A stretch of DNA of 32,000 nt, taken from an uncultured archaeon (GTDB taxonomy: Archaea > Asgardarchaeota > Thorarchaeia > Thorarchaeales > Thorarchaeaceae). The DNA is taken from NCBI GenBank assembly GCA_964648855.1, contig CAZYLT010000009.1, forward strand, positions 60,001 through 92,000. Direction: 5' to 3'. A program made the position numbers and the translations under genes. The notes under the pieces are model-generated. The model worked only from the letters and a program-made list of their open reading frames with translations. It had not been told where the DNA came from and ran no database searches. Shown one piece after another: positions 27,597 to 32,000 of the stretch. Position 1 is the stretch's first letter. Each line of letters starts with the position of its first letter.

Positions 27597-28484
27597 ATGC
27601 ATATTCTAGATATGGGTTGGCGTACCGATAATGGAGAATTCCAACCGTATCTATACTTGCAAAATAGTCATGGCAAACGAGAGGAGCTATCTCTTGAGCC
27701 AGGACGAGATATCCGTTGGAGATTCACAGGCCCTCGAAGATGCATTGGGTACTGGGATGATAATCAATATCACCCCTGTCCAAATCATGCAGTTCTAAGA
27801 AAGAACCAAATTCGCTGCAGAACCTGTTCTACGCTCAGTAAATATTCTCCGTGTATTCAATGTCGAGGTAATACTTGTCTCGCTAACGAGAAACGAAGAA
27901 AGGAATGCATGGAAACTCCCTATGCCGTGTATCTCGCTCTATTTGGAAATGATTTCATCAAAGTGGGCGTTTCCACTCTCAGTAGGCTCTCACTGCGTTG
28001 GGTAGAACAGGGGGCAGATTACGGTGCGATGATTGCTGAAGTTGAAGGGGGACTGGATGCCCGAAAGATTGAGAGAGTGGTAGCCAAGAGAGCTGACATT
28101 TCTGACTCAATTCACCAAACACGAAAACAGGCGATTATGGCGCGTAGATTGGCAGAAAAGGATGCAAAAGCTAAGATTCTTGAAGTGATGGACGATATAG
28201 GGATTCCTAATCTTGAGCAAAGTCCCGAGATAGTCGACCTATCGCCATACTATGGTTTTGAAACACCGCCCTCAGATCCACTGAGATGGCCGGAAAACAA
28301 TGAAATGATACACAATTCAACTTTGGATGGAAAAATTCTCGGAGTGAAAGGAAGTAATATCTTGGTTGAGAGGGGAGCTATTCTCTTTGTTGCTGACCTG
28401 CGTCGAGTGCTAGGATACGATCTTGCTCGCGCACAGTTATCAGCTCAAAGCATCAAGCAATCAGGGTTGGAGAACTTCCTCTGA
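27597..28484 (+). CDS. DUF2797 family protein (Cys-rich Zn-binding region plus GIY-YIG-like segment) with a C-terminal PIP-box-like motif
   Basis: RRCIG...CP...CRTC...CIQC...C...C, PYAVYLA...IKVGVS...RWVEQGA, GKILGVKG; ends in QSGLENFL*. Confidence 0.8.
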   Translation: MHILDMGWRTDNGEFQPYLYLQNSHGKREELSLEPGRDIRWRFTGPRRCIGYWDDNQYHPCPNHAVLRKNQIRCRTCSTLSKYSPCIQCRGNTCLANEKRRKECMETPYAVYLALFGNDFIKVGVSTLSRLSLRWVEQGADYGAMIAEVEGGLDARKIERVVAKRADISDSIHQTRKQAIMARRLAEKDAKAKILEVMDDIGIPNLEQSPEIVDLSPYYGFETPPSDPLRWPENNEMIHNSTLDGKILGVKGSNILVERGAILFVADLRRVLGYDLARAQLSAQSIKQSGLENFL

Positions 28485-28522
28485 ATATCTTATTATAGAA
28501 GGCTGCATAGCCAAATAGTACT

Positions 28523-29368
28523 ATGGTTTCGCAGGAAGAAAGCGAGAAGGTGCGGTATATCAGCCTAGTAAGAAAGGCGGGAGGAGAGCCAATTTTGGGA
28601 ATACCGTATCGCTCTATGAGTGTTGATCCCGACTTAGTAGCTAGCTTTGTCCTTGCCATTATCATCTTTGAGAATAGAGACCTCAAGACCTTCACAAAGG
28701 AAGGATATGTAGTAGTAATCGAAGAGGGGAAACATGTCGTTGGCTTACTGATTGTGGATAAAGTTGAAGATGATGAACCATATAGAAGAAACCTGAAGCG
28801 GATTATTGCAGAGTTCGAGGAGAAGTATAATGATCTTCTCAATAACTGGAAGGGTGATATACGACCATTTAGGGAATATGCATTAGACATATTGAGCATC
28901 TACCCGTATTCTGATATTGACTTTGAGTTGGTTCCGCGTCTGTTGAAGCGTAGCAAAGCTACTCCTGATCAGAAGGTAAAGATACCATGGAGTGTTGGCA
29001 AAACAGATGAGAAAGTCCAAGAAATTCTGGGCTTTATCAACGGAAAGAGGTCAATATTGGAGATAATGGAGGCATCAAAATACGACCAAAATGAGATAGG
29101 AGCCATCTTCTCAATGCTCTATAGATACAAATGGATATCATTGAGTAGAAAATTGGAATCGGACTCCAAAATTGTCAAGGTTTCCGATCCACCCCGATTC
29201 CTGATAGGAGTCTATGGCAACCAGCTTGAACACATTGTTGAGTTGTGTGACGGAACTCGGAGTCTCTCAGATATCTGTGATGAGCTTCCCTACAGCATGG
29301 AAGTCGTCAAAACCCTCGCGAAAAACCTTATAGATGCAGGAGTCCTAAAAATCAATGGCACAAAGTAG
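28523..29368 (+). CDS. Longin-like domain plus two winged-helix domains (NPRL2/NPRL3-like architecture), paralogue 1
   Basis: N-terminal beta-beta-alpha-beta-beta-beta-alpha-alpha pattern (YISLVRKAGGEPIL...DPDLVASFVLAI...FEEKY...WKGDIRPF). Two wHTH repeats follow (FINGKRSILEIM; LCDGTRSLSDIC...LIDAGVL). Confidence 0.75.
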   Translation: MVSQEESEKVRYISLVRKAGGEPILGIPYRSMSVDPDLVASFVLAIIIFENRDLKTFTKEGYVVVIEEGKHVVGLLIVDKVEDDEPYRRNLKRIIAEFEEKYNDLLNNWKGDIRPFREYALDILSIYPYSDIDFELVPRLLKRSKATPDQKVKIPWSVGKTDEKVQEILGFINGKRSILEIMEASKYDQNEIGAIFSMLYRYKWISLSRKLESDSKIVKVSDPPRFLIGVYGNQLEHIVELCDGTRSLSDICDELPYSMEVVKTLAKNLIDAGVLKINGTK

Positions 29369-29457
29369 GAAAGGGTCTTATACCCCGTCAGAGTTCTACA
29401 TTGGAGCTGTATATCGTGGCAGATTCAAATACGCTTGCCCAGGAGGGAAATATCGAG

Positions 29458-30279
29458 ATGGGACTTGATGTTTCAAAGGTTCGATACATATCATTGATTA
29501 GACTAGAGGGTGGTGAATCTATCCTGAATTTGCCCTATGCTTCCATGACAGTGGATCCCGATCTGATCGCTGGTTTTGTCACTGCTGTTATCATATTCGC
29601 CAAGACCCCCATCCGAACCATTCGAAAAGCAGCCTATGATATCTTGATAGAAGTGGGCGAAACTGTCCTAGTGTTGCTAGTTGCAGATCCTGTTGCGGAT
29701 GAAAAACCCTATCGAAAGAAGCTGAAGCAGATATTGGAACTTGTTGAAGAAAAGCATGGTGCGAAACTGGAGAAATTCGAAGGAGATGTACGCAGGTTCA
29801 GGGAATTTGCCCTCACCATTCTCAAAGAGTTTCCGTACGATAGACCAGATATATCTATGGTACCTTTCAAGAAAAAGGGAAAGACAATTCCTTTTCGGGT
29901 GGGAACAACCGACAAGGCTCTAGAAAAGATTGAGAACTTCATTAATGGCAAGCGTACTGTGTCAGAGATTATGGACCTGATTGATCTTTCCGATGATGAA
30001 GTTGTTGCACTGCTTTCTGCTTTGGAAAAATATGGGTGGATTGGTTATAAGCGGAGAATGAGTGAAACCGACATGCTTGTAACTGCTGATTGTTCGGATA
30101 CTGCTCTCGAACGAATTCGGTCTCAATACGGGCCACCTGTCGACGATTTGCTTGCAGCATTTGAAAACCCAACAAGAATAGACGAGGTTCTTACAGCACT
30201 GAAATATGACAAGAATGCACTCTGGTTCCTGTTGAACATGCTGACGGACGCTAATTGCCTTAAGATGGAATCACACTAA
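29458..30279 (+). CDS. Longin-like domain plus two winged-helix domains, paralogue 2
   Basis: Collinear with the upstream gene over its whole length (KVRYISLIRLEGGESIL...VDPDLIAGFV...FINGKRTVSEIM). ATG at 29458 is preceded by AGGAGG; the track start is 29401. Confidence 0.75.
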   Translation: MGLDVSKVRYISLIRLEGGESILNLPYASMTVDPDLIAGFVTAVIIFAKTPIRTIRKAAYDILIEVGETVLVLLVADPVADEKPYRKKLKQILELVEEKHGAKLEKFEGDVRRFREFALTILKEFPYDRPDISMVPFKKKGKTIPFRVGTTDKALEKIENFINGKRTVSEIMDLIDLSDDEVVALLSALEKYGWIGYKRRMSETDMLVTADCSDTALERIRSQYGPPVDDLLAAFENPTRIDEVLTALKYDKNALWFLLNMLTDANCLKMESH

Positions 30280-31101
30280 CTAGAGAATGTCATCTTGACC
30301 GGGTATTCCTACTACATCGCTTCTACATTGATAACAGTGGTAGAATTGCGGAATGTGTTGTGATGCTTTTTTCCGAATATCGTTTAGTTGTTTTTTCGTT
30401 GGTGGCAAAAGGGACTTGAGACGTCCTGATGGAATCAGAGGTATTACGTTGTGAAGAGTTGCTCCATGCTCTGAAATTCGTTTAGCTATTCGAACCATTT
30501 CATTCTCGTTTATTTGTGGAATGAGAACCGTATTTACCTTAACAAGAATCCCTGCTGCCGAGGCTTTCCTTATACCGATGAGTTGTTTGTTGAGAATATA
30601 GCTTCCTAGTTTCTTGTCAACTGCTACACGCCCATCCATCTCAATCCATTCGTAGATTCTACTTGCTGTGAGAGGTTTTGCTGCATGAATGCTTACGGAA
30701 ATAGTTGAGGGCTCTATCTCCCGCAAAGCAGGCATATTTTCTTCTAACAGTGTCCCATTAGTACTCAGGCATATTTTGGCATCTTGATGTAGTTGCCTGA
30801 TTCGATGTAACGTTTCCATTGCGTTCTTGCTTGCCAATGGATCTCCAGGTCCCGAAACTGCAATAATGCGTAGATTCTTTCGCCTGCTTAGTTCCAGTTT
30901 GAGACGCGTGATAGCTTCTGATGGTTTCATTATCTGTGCTGCTGCCCCAGGGCGACCTGCTCCACAACATCCAAAGTTTTGTTCACAGAAAATGCATTTT
31001 ATGTTGCATCTATCCGCCACTGGAAGATGTATGCGCTGCCATAGATTTCCTCTAGAATTAGACCAACAAGGATGATGTTCCACAATGGAAGATGAAGGCA
31101 T
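30280..31101 (-). CDS. Stand-alone NifB-like radical SAM protein (no NifX domain), divergent
   Basis: HPC, RIHLPVADRCNIKCIFC, RPG, SGPGDPL, CLSTNG, KVNTVLIP and CYQCRSDVVG motifs. Confidence 0.85.
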   Translation of the reverse strand: MPSSSIVEHHPCWSNSRGNLWQRIHLPVADRCNIKCIFCEQNFGCCGAGRPGAAAQIMKPSEAITRLKLELSRRKNLRIIAVSGPGDPLASKNAMETLHRIRQLHQDAKICLSTNGTLLEENMPALREIEPSTISVSIHAAKPLTASRIYEWIEMDGRVAVDKKLGSYILNKQLIGIRKASAAGILVKVNTVLIPQINENEMVRIAKRISEHGATLHNVIPLIPSGRLKSLLPPTKKQLNDIRKKASQHIPQFYHCYQCRSDVVGIPGQDDIL

Positions 31102-31111
31102 AATCTAACTC

Positions 31112-31504
31112 TCAAACAAAGTGCTGAAGGAGCCTTCCTGCCTCTCTAGCAGTGATTTTGGCGTCATTGAAGACCAGCCCAAGCATGGCGTTTTCCGGAG
31201 CTGTAACAGTCAACAGATACTCACCTGTTATGGCTATCGTAAGGGTCAGGCCCATGGTCCCCTGAATTATTATGGATTTGAGTTTTCCCTGATTAAGTTC
31301 TCTGACTGTCTGTTCTCCAACTGCTTGTATGCTTGCCACCATAGCCGCAACGGAAACCTCTTCGACGCCTGCATGGAAATGGCTAACAAGGGGGAGCCCT
31401 TCCACCGAGAATATTGCTGCACCGAGAATAGGCGACCTGTTGTTCAGACCCCTGAGTAGCTGCTTAAGTTCCGCAAGTTCATCAGTCGCAGTTTGTGATT
31501 CCAA
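31112..31504 (-). CDS. Roadblock/LC7 domain protein (MglB/LAMTOR-like)
   Basis: LRGL...ILGAAIFSVEGLPL...VAAMVA...ELNQGKLKSIIIQGTMG...LGLVF. The probable TTG start at 31504 follows GAGGGG; the track start is 31540. Confidence 0.92.
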   Translation of the reverse strand: MESQTATDELAELKQLLRGLNNRSPILGAAIFSVEGLPLVSHFHAGVEEVSVAAMVASIQAVGEQTVRELNQGKLKSIIIQGTMGLTLTIAITGEYLLTVTAPENAMLGLVFNDAKITAREAGRLLQHFV

Positions 31505-31596
31505 GTCAAGCCCCTCACTTAGGCACATGCAGACATGCATATCTGCTTATAATAATAGCTAGAATCAAAATCAAAGATAAATATACTTCACGAGTA

Positions 31597-31959
31597 CTAC
31601 TCTATCAGTTTGACAGATATCACTTTATCGCTATGTAAGAGCTGAGTTGGAGACTTCATGACTTTGAGGACATCATCTGCCTGTCTCTCCAAACCGTTGT
31701 TTCGTAGCATGTCAACAAATTCGAAACCTGAAGTTATTGCCAAACCCTTGATGGGCGATCCGTTCTTGCATGATTCAACTATGTCTCGCGCAGGTACCAA
31801 TTTGCATTTCAGGTTCTCGCCTTTCATCTTTCTCAGGTGTCTAATCCCCTTCCTGGCAATTGCTCTACTTTCTTTCTGCTCCTTTGTGTAAGCTCTTCGC
31901 TTAGAAATTCGTCTAAGCCTTTTCGTTCCCTCTTCTATCAATTCTTCTGAATCTAGCAT
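31597..31959 (-). CDS. Hypothetical basic protein (120 aa)
   Basis: Non-overlapping ORF with a K/R-rich N-half; no recognisable motif. Confidence 0.55.
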   Translation of the reverse strand: MLDSEELIEEGTKRLRRISKRRAYTKEQKESRAIARKGIRHLRKMKGENLKCKLVPARDIVESCKNGSPIKGLAITSGFEFVDMLRNNGLERQADDVLKVMKSPTQLLHSDKVISVKLIE

Positions 31960-32000
31960 TCCATCATAGATTGGTCTGACATTCTTTATAGAACTCGTCA

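Noticed and set aside
30280-31101. Evidence of nitrogen fixation
   Set aside because: Several NifB signature motifs are altered and no other nif genes are present in the window.
1-32000. rRNA, tRNA, CRISPR arrays, IS elements or proviral genes
   Set aside because: None was recognised by eye; the intergenic spaces are short and lack cloverleaf, repeat-spacer or terminal-inverted-repeat patterns. A tRNAscan/Infernal run would be needed to exclude small RNAs.

Overview
Gene-dense archaeal chromosomal window, very probably from an Asgard archaeon (Thorarchaeia-like). This is an inference from gene content: roadblock/LC7, longin-like, V4R-like and Nre proteins, an archaeal RNA polymerase subunit 5, and GGAGGTGA-type Shine-Dalgarno sites. 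I see no rRNA, tRNA, CRISPR array or transposase. From left to right it contains: the 3' end of an Nre DNA-repair gene with a PIP box; an orphan T2SSF/TadC-like platform protein; small regulators; an EamA transporter; a 40-aa desulforedoxin missed by the ORF track; and an Rpo5 carrying a eukaryote-RPB5-like N-terminal domain. Next come polyprenol kinase, CinA-like and HD genes, then a loose glycosylation region (sialyltransferase-like GT-B, CapK-like, GT4, GT-C, GT2, split Alg14/Alg13). That region is interrupted by an unknown three-repeat membrane pair and by a FAD-oxidoreductase plus a CCG Fe-S protein with an SCP2-like tail. The right part holds an RdgC-like protein, a PD-(D/E)XK nuclease, a transglutaminase-like protein, a coiled-coil-wHTH protein, AmrS and DUF2797. 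The most interesting locus is at the right end: a tandem paralogous pair of longin + winged-helix proteins resembling the GATOR1 subunits NPRL2/NPRL3, converging on a roadblock/LC7 gene and a divergent stand-alone NifB-like radical SAM gene. All family calls rest on motifs recognised by eye; no searches were run.
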